This document shows, piece after piece, positions 35,701 through 48,251 of a stretch of 64,000 bases of DNA. Under the pieces are notes generated by a model. The model was not told the origin of the DNA. It did no database searches and was given only the letters and a program-made list of their open reading frames with translations. The DNA lies in NCBI GenBank assembly GCA_036172245.1, contig JAYWIR010000007.1, positions 4,402,001 through 4,466,000 on the forward strand, read 5' to 3'. Both the position numbers and the translations under genes were made by a program. The stretch's first letter is position 1; the number at the start of each line of letters is the position of its first letter. Source of the DNA: Raillietiella orientalis. Taxonomy: Eukaryota.

Positions 35701-38700
35701 CGCGCGCGCGACGACGACGACGAACCTGGGAGGGCGGGGCGTTCATCCCGTCGATCTCGTAGTACTTGAACCTGGAGCCGCTCCTCTTGCCCTGGGGTAG
35801 CCTCTCCAGGTAGGGGTTGTAGATGGGGAAGTCGGCGTAGTACCTGCCGAGGACGAAGACGGAGGCCCGCTGGATGCTGAGCTGCCCCAAGGGGTAGGTG
35901 CGGCTCTCGCCGTCCGGACTGCGGACGACCTTGACGGCGTACCGCGGCTGCAGCTGCCGCAGCTCGATGAGGACGACGGCCAGGTAGTGGACGAAGAGGA
36001 GGGAGTCCAGGAAGCTGGACGCGAAGGCGACGAGGGACTGGAACTGTGCCTCCTCGCGGTCCTCCAGCATCCGGACCACGTAGAAGAGCCAGTAGGTGAA
36101 GGTGAAGGCGAAGGCGAGGGCGAGTACGAGGGCGCGGAAGAGAAAGACGCGGGGCATGGTGGCCTGAGGCTGCCGGAAGAAGAGCATCCAGCTTCCCGCC
36201 AGCAGGATCAGCAGCTTGAAGGAGAAGGATATCAGCATCCCTTCGCACTCGGCGCCGCACTTGAGCTGCTCCCTCCTCAGGGGAACCACACCCAGCTTGG
36301 GCAGGGCGATCATGGCGACGGGGCTCACGAAGGCGAACAGGGAGAGCAGGATGGCCAGGCAAGAGCCGACGTACCGCTGGCACCGGAAGCGGAAGTCGCC
36401 CTCGGGGTCCCGCATCCAGCGGCCGCCGCCGCCCCCGCCGCCCAGGTCGTCCATGGAGACGGAGCGCTCCGACGTGAGGGCAGTCGTGTTGTCACCCCAG
36501 TTCTCGTCCTGGAACAGGTCGGCGGGAATGAAGCAGTTAGGGTCCGCCGTGGGAGGGAGCAGGCAGGAAAAAAGGGGGGGGAGGATGGGGGGGGCTGGTA
36601 ACGGTGAGAACGGGGGTTCGCTGCAAGGGTGCGCGCGCGAGAGCACCCCGGTGGGGTCGAGCCCCACGACGAGGCCGAACACTCAGTCCCTGTTGGAACG
36701 CTCGGAGGGGGGGGAGAGACGCGCCTCCTTCCCTCACCCCATTCCCTGCCCCCTTGCGGTGAGGAGGACCTCCCGCCAGCCCGCGCCGCGCCTCGAATCG
36801 CTGGCGTGCGCGCTCCGGCCATTTTTGCGTTACCCGGCCATGTCCCGCGACCCCTGAGGCGCGCGCATCCACGAGGCTCTCAGAGAGGGTGAAGAAGAAG
36901 GGGTGGACGGGCAGGCGTTTGAACCAGAGAAGGACTGAGGAAGAGACGCACCGCCCCCTTCCCTTTTGGCCAGAGAAAATGAGGGGTTTCCCTACGACGG
37001 AAAAGCACGAGAGGTGCCCCACCTCCCGCCGAAAGGAAAGAGCAGGGGAAGGGTGAGGGAAAGGATGCACCCTTTCCGTCCGTCTTCGGAGTAACCACTA
37101 GGAGGGTTTCCTCGCAGTCGGACTTTTGCCAGGAGTCACGGGGAAGGAAGGGAGCACGGGAGGGGCGACGTACCCCTCCTCTAGGACTCCCCCCTTCCAC
37201 TTCCAGGGCACCGTCGGAAGCAACGAACGCAGCGCCCTCTCCTCTCCCCTCCCCCCTCTCTCCCTAGTCGCCGTGGGAACGCATGGACCCGCTTTGCAAT
37301 CCTCGAAAGCGCCGTCTCACCACCCTTCCTCCCCCCCGTTTTGCCTCCAGGTGGTGGGGCGAGGTCATCGCCGCGAGGGCAGCTGGAAAAAACTCACGCA
37401 AAGGACGAAAAAAAAAAACTACGAGGGGCTAAATGTCCCTTCTCCCCTCCCCCTAGCATGCCCCGATCGCACTCTCTGTTGCCCCTGCCTCCCTCCCCCC
37501 TTTGAGCGTAGGCGTGGAAGCGGGACGACCCCGCTCGCTGTCGCCACCGCAGCCGGACCGACGGCTATTTTTACTTCTGGAATTCGCCCCCTCCGCGCCG
37601 CCGCCGCCTCGGGCAGCCGCCGCCTCGGAGTCGCCGTCTGCCCCAGCCGGCTTTGTCTCGGCGGGAGAAGCCAAAGAGTTCGCCCGCTAATTGCCTCCAC
37701 CGCCGCCGCGCGGCGATCGGCCGCCATCTTGCCGGGGTGGACCGCCGCCCCGGGGGACCGCGGGAAAGGTGCGCGCTCCGCCCATCGCCTCCGAAACGAG
37801 CGCACGCACGCACGCACGCATAGCGGAGGGCAACAGCGCCAACCAGCCCGGGGCGGGCGCGTACGTCGCCTCCGGGAACAGACGCGGCCGCGGCACGCGG
37901 ACAAAGTGAGCGCGCGTGCGTGCCGATTCGCGCCGAATCCGACATGGCCTGACGTTGTCTCCGCGATGCGGCCACGCGCGCAGCAGGTGCGCTCCCCCTC
38001 CCCCCCCCACGTGCGAAGCGGAAAGGGGACGCGCAGCTCCAGACACTGTGCTGTGGATGAGGGGGGCTGCAGCGCGGTTCACAGACGTGCGTCAAAACTT
38101 CCTGCCATCCACTCCCCATCTCCCTTTCGTATCTTCGAATTCGATGCGCCCCTCTTTGGGCGGTAGCGGCGAGGATTGTGCGCATGAAAGGGAGGGCAGT
38201 TCTCCCAGGGAAAGATGGCGCTGAGGACGCCATCTTTCCCTGGCCGACGACGTCTCCCGTTCGAGACGAAAATGCCAAACGAGGAAAAAAGGAAAGAGCA
38301 AGACGGTGGCGGATCGTAACGTCTTCCGTTTAGCTGGCTGCTTTCGTACGAGGAGAAGGGGGGCAGGAGACGAGCGCCTCATCCCAGCACGCGCAAACGA
38401 GCAGCGGGGCACACTCGAGCGGCCTTAGCTCTCCCCAAGCATGCCTCGGCGCCTGAGGCGCGTCCATGCGCCGCCATGGTTCCGGGCGGGCGTTCCCGTA
38501 GGCGGCCATACGCAAAGGAGGCCGACATGAAACACCAAGGACGGATGCAACCAGAGGGGCATCCATGCCCGAAGGAAGGGGTCAACGACGGAAAAGGGGC
38601 ACAGTAGGGCTCCTTTGGTCGTGAGACGGACGGGTTCGGCGGGTGAAGATGAGTCAGTCCCGTCGTGTTCACGAAAATAAGAGAGCCCCATTTTTGTGGG

Positions 38701-39583
38701 CCTCAACGGACTGGCCCACAAAAATGGGGGCCCGTTGAGGTCACGCCTGCTCGCGTGGACCTCCTTGTTCTTCCAGACAGGTCGAGTCCGGACGGGCGCT
38801 CCTTCCCTGTGCAGTTCCCGGGCTGTGCCACCCCTGTCGTGACAGCCGCCGGTTCCCGCCCCGACGGAGACGACAGGAGCGCCGCGGTGCGGCGAACGAC
38901 GGAACGCGCAGGATGGAGCTGCTCGCTCCCGTACACTCCGGGGAAACTGGAAAAAAACGATGGGAAGAGGGAAGTCGAAGAGCAGATGCGCGCAGCAGCA
39001 GCTTCCCGTCTCTTCCCTCCTATCGGCGCTCGCCTCTCCCACGCGGGAGAAAGGGCGCTCACTCGCAGGGTTCGTGCGGTCGACGCTGCTCTACAGGAAT
39101 CGGAAGAGCTTTCCTGGAAGGCGCCAAGGGCAGCAGGGGCAAGGTGCCTTAGCCCTGGAGACGGGTCGGAGTCTCCCGTGGGCCCGACGAGACGAAATGA
39201 CACCAAGTGACGGATCGTTGGACACCTCCCCACCGTTCTCATTGAGACCAAGCAAAAGCGGGGAAAAAGGAGGCCAAACCCCCGAGGTGGCACCGCCCCT
39301 TTTCCTCGAGGGACGAGTGGGGCCCTCGACTTACCTGCGGCACGATCTGCACTTCGACCACGTCTTGTCCGCCGGCGTAGTCGCCGGACAATGCACTCAC
39401 GGAGGTGTGGACAAGGGGGTGGGCGGCGCTCCTGGAGCTGCCCACGCTGTTGGTCAGCGGTGGGGGCACCTTCATCTCCCCGGGGCTCTGGTAGCTGACG
39501 GACCGGGACACGTCCTTGGGCCGCTTGGACCGGGAGTAGTGGGGCTCACTAAGCACTGACTTCACCGACTCGGAGGCGTCCAT
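32556..39583 (-). CDS. Vang: Van Gogh/strabismus (Vang-like) planar cell polarity protein, 5 coding exons, 543 aa: complement(join(32556..32774,32972..33180,34580..34751,35726..36508,39335..39583))
   Basis: Hand-spliced. All four introns are GT..AG with consistent phases (0,0,1,0), giving 1632 nt = 543 aa plus stop. Family motifs: [16 protein letters not shown], four hydrophobic TM segments, [75 protein letters not shown] and the C-terminal PDZ-binding ETSV. The start is taken at MDASES; an in-frame ATG at 39628 also exists. Confidence 0.97.
32972..33180 (-). CDS. Vang: Vang coding exon 4 ([18 protein letters not shown]...CKPVLS)
   Basis: Acceptor TCTTCCAG|, donor TCG|GTAAGA; 209 nt. Confidence 0.95.
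34580..34751 (-). CDS. Vang: Vang coding exon 3 (EPSRAL...HIKRLYCDQ), not shown in the correct frame in the ORF track
   Basis: Acceptor TTTCAG|, donor AAG|GTACGA; 172 nt. Translates to [42 protein letters not shown]. Confidence 0.95.
35726..36508 (-). CDS. Vang: Vang coding exon 2 (DENWG...NAPPSQ; transmembrane region)
   Basis: Acceptor TTCCAG| with CTAAC branch site at 36540-36536; donor CAG|GTTCGT; 783 nt. Confidence 0.95.
38205..38243. repeat. Perfect 16-bp inverted repeat with 7-nt loop (Vang intron 1)
   Basis: CCAGGGAAAGATGGCG-ctgagga-CGCCATCTTTCCCTGG. Confidence 0.95.
38686..38729. repeat. Perfect 17-bp inverted repeat with 10-nt loop (Vang intron 1)
   Basis: CCCCATTTTTGTGGGCC-tcaacggact-GGCCCACAAAAATGGGG. 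Confidence 0.95.
39335..39583 (-). CDS. Vang: Vang coding exon 1 (MDASES...EVQIVPQ)
   Basis: ATG at 39583; donor CAG|GTAAGT at 39335/39334; 249 nt, phase 0. Confidence 0.9.
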
Positions 39584-40224
39584 CGCCAGGCGACCGTTGG
39601 GGTCGCACCCTTGTAGGAAGCAGGGCATCCGTCGTCAGGGCAGCCGCCGCGGCGCCCGGGCTTTGCATCTTCCCATGGCGGCGGCGGCGGCGGCAGGAAG
39701 GGAGGAGACGGAGGGGAAAGGGGGGGATGCAACACCCAGGGCAGCTCGGAGTCGGGGGGCGGCGCTCCCCCTGGATGAAGCGCTGCTGGGGACAGGGGGG
39801 AGAGGCACCACGTGCACAGTTCCGTGCGGGGTGGTCCGTAGAGTCCGCTACATCCCTCCTTCTCTCTCTCGAGCGGAAGTGGCGGTGGCGGAGCACCTGC
39901 AACACGCGGGAGAGGAATCGGCCAGGGAGGCGCCTGCGCTGTGGCAGCGGGTGGGGGCGTCGTCGTCGTTGCTGCCGTCGCCGTCGCCACCTTCTCCGCG
40001 CACGCGCGCAGCGTACCAACGGATGCACCGCTCACGCGCTACTGAGCGCGCCGGCGTCCGCACGCGTTCCCCTGCCGCCCAGCGAGCGACGACGCGACGA
40101 GACGCGAGCAGCAGCAGTGGCGGCGGCTCTTCCCGTCTCCAAGAGCGCCTCCACACGGAGGCGGGCGCAAGCGGCGGACGCTTTCTCCCTCCGCCGCCGT
40201 CGCTGTGGTCGCCTATGCCTCTGC

Positions 40225-41146
40225 TGCGGCTAACAAAACGAGATGCAGGCGGCGACTGGCAATCCTGCGCGCGCGAGAGCTCACCCCTCGGTCCGTGCTC
40301 CACTGCGCCACTGATTGCGGCGGAGTCGGCAACGGCCCCATCCTCAATCTGCCCGGCTTCCCCCTCCCCCCTTCCCCATCATCCCGGCCGCGCTTCTTGT
40401 TGTCACAACGAGAGTAGGCGGGAGAGTCCGAAACCCTCGGACACCTCGGTCCCAACTCCCCATTCCCGATCTCCCCACATGTCCTTCGTTTTCTCTCCCG
40501 TGATCCCCCGAAGCCTCTCCAGACGGGATGCACTCCGTGGATACGCTAGAAAGGCTGCACGGCTCTCGGCCCCATCCCGCCAAATCAAGGAGAAGGAAAC
40601 TGCACTTCCCGGGTCCTCCCCTAGGCTGAGGAGTTCCGAAAGGAACGGGAGTTGCTCGCGCGGGGTCCGAGAACGCTGCAGGAGGAGCAGGGAGAGGGAG
40701 GGAGGAAGCCGCTCCGGAGACGGACCCATCCCCAGCGATCGGGAAGCGGCAGGTCCTCCTCCGGGAGTCCGGGATGGGGGATGGGACCGGGAGCCTCGGG
40801 GGGCCAAGGAGAAGATTCCTGTGGAGCTTCCGGTTTACTCTGAAACCGGGAGTCGAGGAAGGAAGGATCCCTCGGGTTCCCTGGAGGAGGAAGGACAGGC
40901 GCCAGCATCCCGCCGAGCCGCAGGGGGGGGGGGGGTTGGGCTCACCGCATCACTCACCTCTCCTGCGAACCGCAAAGGGAGGAGTAAACTTGAAGGTTCC
41001 CGCTGGACGGCTCGCGAGCTGGGTTGGGATGCGACCAGAGTGGGAGCGCGCAGAGAATCCTGCGGCCAACAAAACGATATAGGGTCCGACGCCAAAAACG
41101 ATATGCCGGCGGCGACTGGCAACCCTGCGCGCGCGCGAGCTAACCC
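40225..41146 (+). repeat. Direct repeat of about 60 bp (40225-40286 and 41061-41146; the second copy has an internal duplication)
   Basis: TGCGGC.AACAAAACGA.AT...GC.GGCGGCGACTGGCAA.CCTGCGCGCGCG.GAGCT.ACCC is present twice. Confidence 0.8.
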
Positions 41147-44100
41147 ATCCCGCCAGCGCGCTCATCCCCTGGCTGCCGACTGCCTCCTCGACACGCGCAT
41201 CCTGCTACCGAATTGTCTTCCTGAGGACCTCCGCGCGCACTCCCTCGTCTCCAGACAGAAGGGGCAAAAGGTAGCGTTGCACCTGGGCGTTCCGGGAGCA
41301 ACAGACGAGCCGCCGCTCCGTCGCGGATCCGGGTCGGCGGCCAGGGAAAGTGCGCCGATGGAGGCGACGAAGCATCTACGGGTCTCAGCGCTCTGGGATG
41401 CAGGGAAGGGAGGGGGGGGGAGGCTAGCGAGGAGAGAGAGAGGCATCGTCGCTCCCAGGAGTTCGGGCGTGGAGGGCAAAGAAAAGCCCTCGTTTCCTGA
41501 AGGCGACCAAGAGGTCGCCGATCCCCGCTTCCTTCCTTAGAAGAGAAGACACGATTTTCCCCGCTGATTGTCCTGATTGTCCCCGAAAAGCTGTTGCTGC
41601 CACAGACACCCCCGACCTTCCCTTGCCACACCTCCTCTGAGGTCTCCGCACGAGGACCTTGCCCAGAGAATGAACGGTTCACACAGGGCCTTCCCGACGG
41701 GTATTTTCCCGGCGAGTTTCGCGTGGTCATCAGGCCTGGGGCCGTATCTCACGTTCGGTATGGTGACCGAGGTTTTCCTTGGTCAGAGGGGAAGAAAATG
41801 GTGAGTCAGGGGTCGCTGATGGAGTGACCCGCTTCCGAAAGGGGAGGAGGAGGTGGTTTCTCGGCTGCTTTCGAGGGACGGGAGGAGGAAAGGAAAGAGG
41901 AGAGACGTCCAAGAAGCTCTGTGGTTGCTAAAGGGGAATGGGGGGGGATGCAGGCAGCGTGATGGTTTGGGAGCAACACGCTTCTGCAGCTCGTGATGGG
42001 GAGGGGGGGGGGGGCTATCGAGCTCCCCGAGAGAGTCTGGCTGTTCGTGGGAAGGTCCCTCTGAGACGCAGCAGCCTCAGCCTTTCCCTCCTCGCTTGCG
42101 CAAGCTGAGTGAATGTGCGCCCTCGGCTCGGACTGTCTCAGATTGGAGGTTGCCGGGGGACAGGGTTGGGTCAAAGTGTCCTTTCGAAGAGCCGACTCTT
42201 GAGGGAGCTTTCCCGCAGCGATGGCAACAATAGCGATAACAATCAGTGGGTTAAACAAAACAAAAAACCTAATAGGAAACTCGCCCAATTCGACAATCGA
42301 AAAGCGCTCAGCAATGGCTTCGAGGAAAAACCTACGCTTCGGCTGTTCCTTCAGCCGCATCGGCAACCGGGTGGATTGTTTGTCACCCGTTTCCCGTTTC
42401 TCTCTCCCCGTCCCTGGAAAGCGACCCTTCGGAAGAGGAGGCTGCTCCAAAGTTGCTACCCCCAACACCTGGAGTAGGGCCATTCCCGTGGCCGTTCCGG
42501 GAGATCTGAGGCCCTTTTAATTGAATTTTAAGGAGCACTGAAGTGAAATTTATGAGCGAGGCGTTGTCTCAGCACGCGGATTTATCGAGACGGACGAGCC
42601 GGAGATCGACAAACCTTTGCTCCGACGCGTTCCTGACGTTTAGACCGGGAAGGAGAAAAGCGGAAGAGCGGACAGTCGTGGAAACCACGGAAGATGATTT
42701 ACAGGGAGCAGCAAGGCTCGGGCTGGGAGCGTTTAGCGAAGGCGTTATTTTTTTCTCCCTCCCTCTTTCTTCCCCAGATACAAAGATGGTCCATGCGTGA
42801 ATGATCTGCAGATGCCTCCCGATTTATGACGGAGATCTGTCGGGATTTGAGTTCCGTTCCGATCATCTTGGCCGATACGACGGATGCGTCCATTCCCGAC
42901 GCGTCTGATCTCGGCTCGAAGGGAAGGGAAGGGAGAGGGGATCTTCCGCGTTTTCCTGCTGCTGTCCTTCCCGCCACGTTCATTTTCTCTCTCTCTGCCC
43001 CTCCCCCTCCCCCGTTTCACCTCCGGAGCAAAGGTCCTGCAAGGTGGAAGCAAGCCGGCGAGGAAGGAAGGAAGGCGCCGAACAGGAGGCGAGTCGGCGT
43101 CTCCTTCGCCCCACACTCTCTTTCACCCTCCGCGCGACCGCCACCTTCCAGGGAAACCAGCGACGCCCATGCTCCGGGCAATCAGCCAGCGCTCGCGAGG
43201 AAAAGGCGTCGGTTCGCAGGGGAAGGTGCGCCTTCGGCACCCACTGTTCCGCAGGCGTGCCAGCACACCCCGCTGACAGAGGTGCCTTCCGTCACCCGCT
43301 CCGCCCCTTCCCCCTTTCCTTCCTTCCTCCTCCCACTCGTGGAGTGGACGAAGTAGCAGCGAAGCAAATGCTCTGGTCTTCCCCACCCGTTCCGCGCCAG
43401 AGGATGAGGTCGTGGTAGAGAGCGCACAGGAAGACATCGGTGGCCGGTGGCGCAATCCCCCTCCCTCTCCCCTCCGGGAGTAGGAAGCACCTTCTGGCGA
43501 CGGCACACTCGGGAGGTCTCCCCCTCTCCGTGGTTGGGAACGTGCAAGCCGGCGCCTCACACCCGGGATGCAGGGAGAGGCGAGTCCCGAAACCTTACAT
43601 GAGCCTGGAAACGGACTGCAGCTCTCTCTCCTCCGGGAGCAGCGAATCCCTCCGATCGGTGAAGGGAGGGGGGGGGGGAGATCCGTGCGTCCCTGCTATC
43701 CGGACAGGAAACCCTCCAATGAGCCCAGAGAAAGAAAGTCGCGCCTCTTCCCATGGAGGAGAAACCTCTTCGGGGAGCAGCCAGGAACGGAGGCAGGCCG
43801 TTCCCGGTTGTGTGGGAATATCCAGGAAGACGGGAGCTCGCGGCCCCGTCCTGCAGCAAAGCAGGAGATCCCTGGAGATCTCTCGGAAGCGATCCAGATC
43901 GCTGCCCGTTGTCTGGAAACGGTAGGGGCGAGGCATGGGAGAGGAGCAGAGGAGCTTCATCCATCGCCCATCCCAGAGGCGGGAAACCTGCCCGCATCTG
44001 GACAAGGGAGCATTCGGCGGCTTTCCTGGATCGTCTCCAGAGAAGCACCGGAGCTTGCGGAGGAAGAGGGAATAGAATGCCCTCGGGGCCGATCCCTGGA

Positions 44101-47100
44101 GAGAGGCAGACGCGCTCCCCGGGTAGCAGCGAGAGGCCGCACTGGACTGGGCGGCACAAACCGACAGACGAACTCCGGGCGGCGGCGGCGGTGCCCTCGC
44201 CCTTCACAGAAAAGCGAGGACAGTGCGGAAACCTCGCGTGAGCTTCCCTCTCCTCGTCCTCCCCTTCTTTCCTTCCTTCTCCCCTCCATCGTGTCCCCCC
44301 GTTTCCGAGGCTCCTCCCTCGGGAACGAACCCGAAAGGAGGAGGGGGAGGAAAACCGGGGGGGGGGGGCATGGCGCTCGTTCTCGTTCCGCTCACCTTCC
44401 CGGGAGATTTCCGGATTCCCCACCAAGGTGTTCCTCCCTTCCCGGATCCTGATCTCCTCCTTTCCCCTCCCCCGATGCGCCGTCCGCGCGCCATCTCCGG
44501 TACGGGACGCCATGCGAGCACTTCCGGAGGGATTTGGCTTTCCTTCCTTCCTGCCTCCCTCTCGATCTTCCCCCTTTCCCTCCCCTTCTCTGCTCTTCCC
44601 TTTCCCTTCGGGACTTCGGTCCCGGGGGGAACCGCGCGGCATCACGGAGCCGCACGCAACGTCGCCGGCTGCATGAGGGCCCGCCGCACGGATGACGCCT
44701 CCTCCTCCCCCGCACTTCCGGGAGAGCTCCTCCCCGCTCCGGGAATGAGTCGTTTCGGGACTGCGTAACACACCCCTCCCTTCTCCCACCCTCTCTTTTC
44801 TCCCCGGCAATCGCGGCAGCCCCTCAGGCGGACTGTCGCGCGCCCCTTCCCCCCTCCGTCACCAGGCAACCAGACCGCGGCTCTTCCTGGTCGCCGATAC
44901 GGGAGAGTCCATCCGTCTCGGGTCTGCACCGGGATGAGACTCCCTCGTTCCTGTCTCAGGGGACTCGGGAGGTGGTTGCCACACGCAAGAGGAAGGGGAG
45001 GGGCAACTCCCCTCCCTTGCCGGGCTGGAAGGGGGGCTCGGAGGGCGCAGGGCGGACGCGGGCCGGCCTCCTCGCGGTGCTGGGAGGGAAAAGAGGGTCG
45101 CGACGTCTTCCCCCTCCCCCTCTTCTTCCCTGGGGTTTCCCCAACGCGCTGGCAGAGGCGGGCGGCGTCCGTTGGGCCACCACTCCACGCTCCCCACGCC
45201 CTCCGCTGCTGAAGGACGGATGACCCCCACCGGCCGATTGCGGAAGCTGTGGGGGGCGATGCATTCCAGAAAGGGTATTGAGGAAAGAACGAAAAGAGGA
45301 GGAGGCGAAGCGCGCGTGTTCACGGCGCCTCCGGGAAAGTGACGACGGCGCGCTGCCTGAGGGTCCTGTTCCCACGGTAACAGAACTTCCCCTTCCCCAC
45401 CCACCCCGCGAGGGGGGGCACCCTTTCCGTTGGGGGAGAAAGGCGGAGGGGGGGAGGGCAGGAGCATGGAGTCCTCCTTCTGCCGTCGTCACGGCGACGG
45501 AAAGCGATCACGCGAGAAGGGGAAGGGGCGAAGGTTCCCGCGGGGGGAGCACCTCGATCGATCGATCCCCTCCTCTCCCGCCTCGCGATGCAGCCAGAGC
45601 GTCACGGAAAGCCCGATTTCGTTCTCGACGACGCCGGGGCCTTCCGGGAGCGAGGGGCTTCTTCCTCCTGCTGCCCCCTTCCTCCTCTCCCACGCTCCCC
45701 TCGCGACGGCATTGTGGGAATTCCTGGAAGCTCGCGCGTCTTCCGGGCTCCCTGAGGTGTCGTTCCCGCCCGAAGCAGGGAACGAGTGGGCGATTGCGGA
45801 GGCGCTTCCCGACGCCCGTAAATGGGAAGGAGGGAGCAGCGGGAAAGTGAAGGCCCGGGATGCGCCCCGCAGTCCGGGAAGACGGGGGGAGCACCGAGAT
45901 GCTCCACGACACCTCGCTTGGTTTCCCTGGAAACGCTCTCTCCCACCCACAGCCGCTTCCGAAGGGGAAGCGAGGGGGGGGAGAACTTTCTCCCTCTCCC
46001 CTCCTCCTTCCCACTCGCACGCACGCCGCGGAGCGTTCGTGCGCTCGGCGCCGTCGGGAGGCGCGACCCTCCGCTGTCGTGCGGTTTCCATGGTTTCGAG
46101 GGATCTCCTGCCGCTGCGTCCATCCCCTCTCCCCCCCTTCCTTACCTGGGAGAAGAACCTCGCGACCGGGATGCGCACGGGAGGGGAGCACGCGAGAGGA
46201 GACGTCCCAGGGGGGGCAGAAGGGGAGGGGAAGGTGTCGCTTTCCTTTTCGTCCTGAGGGCTCCGAGCAACCTCCCGGCGGAAGAGTCCGCCGTCGTCAT
46301 GGCGCTGCCTTCCCGATCACCCCAGAGTGAGCATTCCTGGAGGTTAGGAGAATCTGTCCGAGGGCAGGCTCTCCGGGACCGAGGGTGGACCCACTCCGCG
46401 TCGCCACACGAGTAAGGAGGGATCTGTGACTGTCCCTGCCCCGGGAGGGCGGCCGTTCTCAGACGCGCGCGCACCCCTGGGAACTTTCCTCCCCACCTCC
46501 GTGGGAGCCGAGGGCTCTGTCCTGGTCGACTGCTGTCTGCCGTGACTGAGGGGGAAGGGAGAGGCGTCCTCCGTCCTTGGAGAGGATGCGAGCAGAGGAG
46601 GAGAGGGAGGTTGGGCCCCTGGCCCTGCCAAGGACTGCGAGGGCCCCGAAGACACAGTGCAAGAAAACCGCGTCCGCTCAGTGCTGTCGGGGCAATCGCT
46701 GCTTCCCCCCCAGGCTGCTCCCGGCCGGCGATGCGTGTCGGGACGCAGGGTCTCTTTGGTTTGTCTCACGGACGCTCCAGGCTGATCCGCACGGGGACTC
46801 CTGGGAAAACCTGCCTCCCTCCCTCCCGCTGAGCACGCGCCTCCCCTACCAGGTATCCCCCTCCTGCTTCCTACCTCAACGACGAACCGCGCGCGGCCCC
46901 GGAAGGGAAGGCCCACATGCGACTGCCCTGGGACGACGGCCTCCGACCGGGATCGTCCGGGAGCAAGCGGAGCACCAACTCGCCTTCCGCGGAGCCAAGG
47001 AGCTACTGGGCTGCTCGCCGGACACTCCCGCTCGGGACTTCGTCTCCCCTCCAGGAGAGTGCGCGCCTGCGCGTTCGTTGCGGTTCCCCGCCGCAGTCGC

Positions 47101-48251
47101 TGTCTTCCGCGCACCTCCTCCATCCCTCCGGTACCGGGCGATCTCGCCCTCCCGCGGGCTCGCTCACTGACCCTTCGTTGTAAACCTCGCGTCCCTTCGG
47201 AAGGCGGACGGGGAGGAAGGAGAGGGCGCACGTCACCCCGTGTCCAACTCTCCGGGCCTTCCCGGAACTTCACCACCAGTTGGTCCCTGGCCCCTTACGG
47301 GGTTTCGTCAACCCACTCCCTCCCTCTCTCCTGCGCGCTGGAGTAGCGAACGAGGATCTTCAGGCTCGCCGATACCGCCACTTCGGCACTCGGTTGCCCC
47401 TGGAGAGACCGGGCGGGCGCGGCTCCCTGGACCCGGACCGAAGGGGTCCCGGGGGCGTCTCACGCGCAAACTGGCACGAGGTAAATCTCCCGGCGGCTTC
47501 CTCCGTCTACGTTCTCCAAGGCACGTCGCAGGGAAGGCGAGAGGGACCAGGGACTTCCCGTTCACCCTCCCTCCGCGGGACTCGGGTAGGGCGTTACCTT
47601 GCTCCTCCGCCCACAGCCGGCCTCCCTGGCTCGCGGAAGTACTCCCACGCATCCGGTCCCCGGTTCCTTCACTTCATCCCGGTCCCTTCTCATCCCTCGG
47701 TCCTTCCTGCCACCCGCATTCCCGGCCGAGATCGGTCGCGCCACTCGGCCGGAGGAACCCTCGGCGACTTCTTCCTGGAGGCCCGGGAAGTTAGGGTTAA
47801 CCTTTCCGCGCAAGGTGGAACTGCCAGGACCCACCGAGCCGCCCACCCCGTTGGGGAAATTCAAACCTTCCCCAGCTGCCCTCGCTGAGGGCAGCCGGCG
47901 GCGGCCACTCTCAGGCAGGGGGCGAAGCGCGCGACATCTCCAAAATGCAGCACCGGTTAAAGGAACGTGGCATCTCGCCGGACGACGCTCACGGGAAGGC
48001 GGACTTCCCGGTGGCGGGACTGCTGCTCCTACGGCGGCAGAGCTCCCGGCAGACCGCAAGTGCGCGTTCAGGAAGTCGCCGCGGGCTGGGAAGATGGGGG
48101 TGCGCGCTCTCTCGAGTGGGTGGCACCCGCAAGGGAGGCGGGAGGAAGATAGGAGAGGAGGGGAGGGGACAGGCCGTGAGAGAGAGCGTAGTCCGACGGA
48201 TGAATCCGCCGATCCGAGTTCTGAATAGCGCGCGTCCCTTCCGGAGCGATG

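Noticed and set aside
39597..41540. 647-aa plus-strand ORF, the longest in the track
   Set aside because: Low-complexity R/G/S/P/A composition, no recognisable motif, runs through G-tracts and a repeat, and lies antisense to the Vang upstream region. Such ORFs are expected in very GC-rich DNA.
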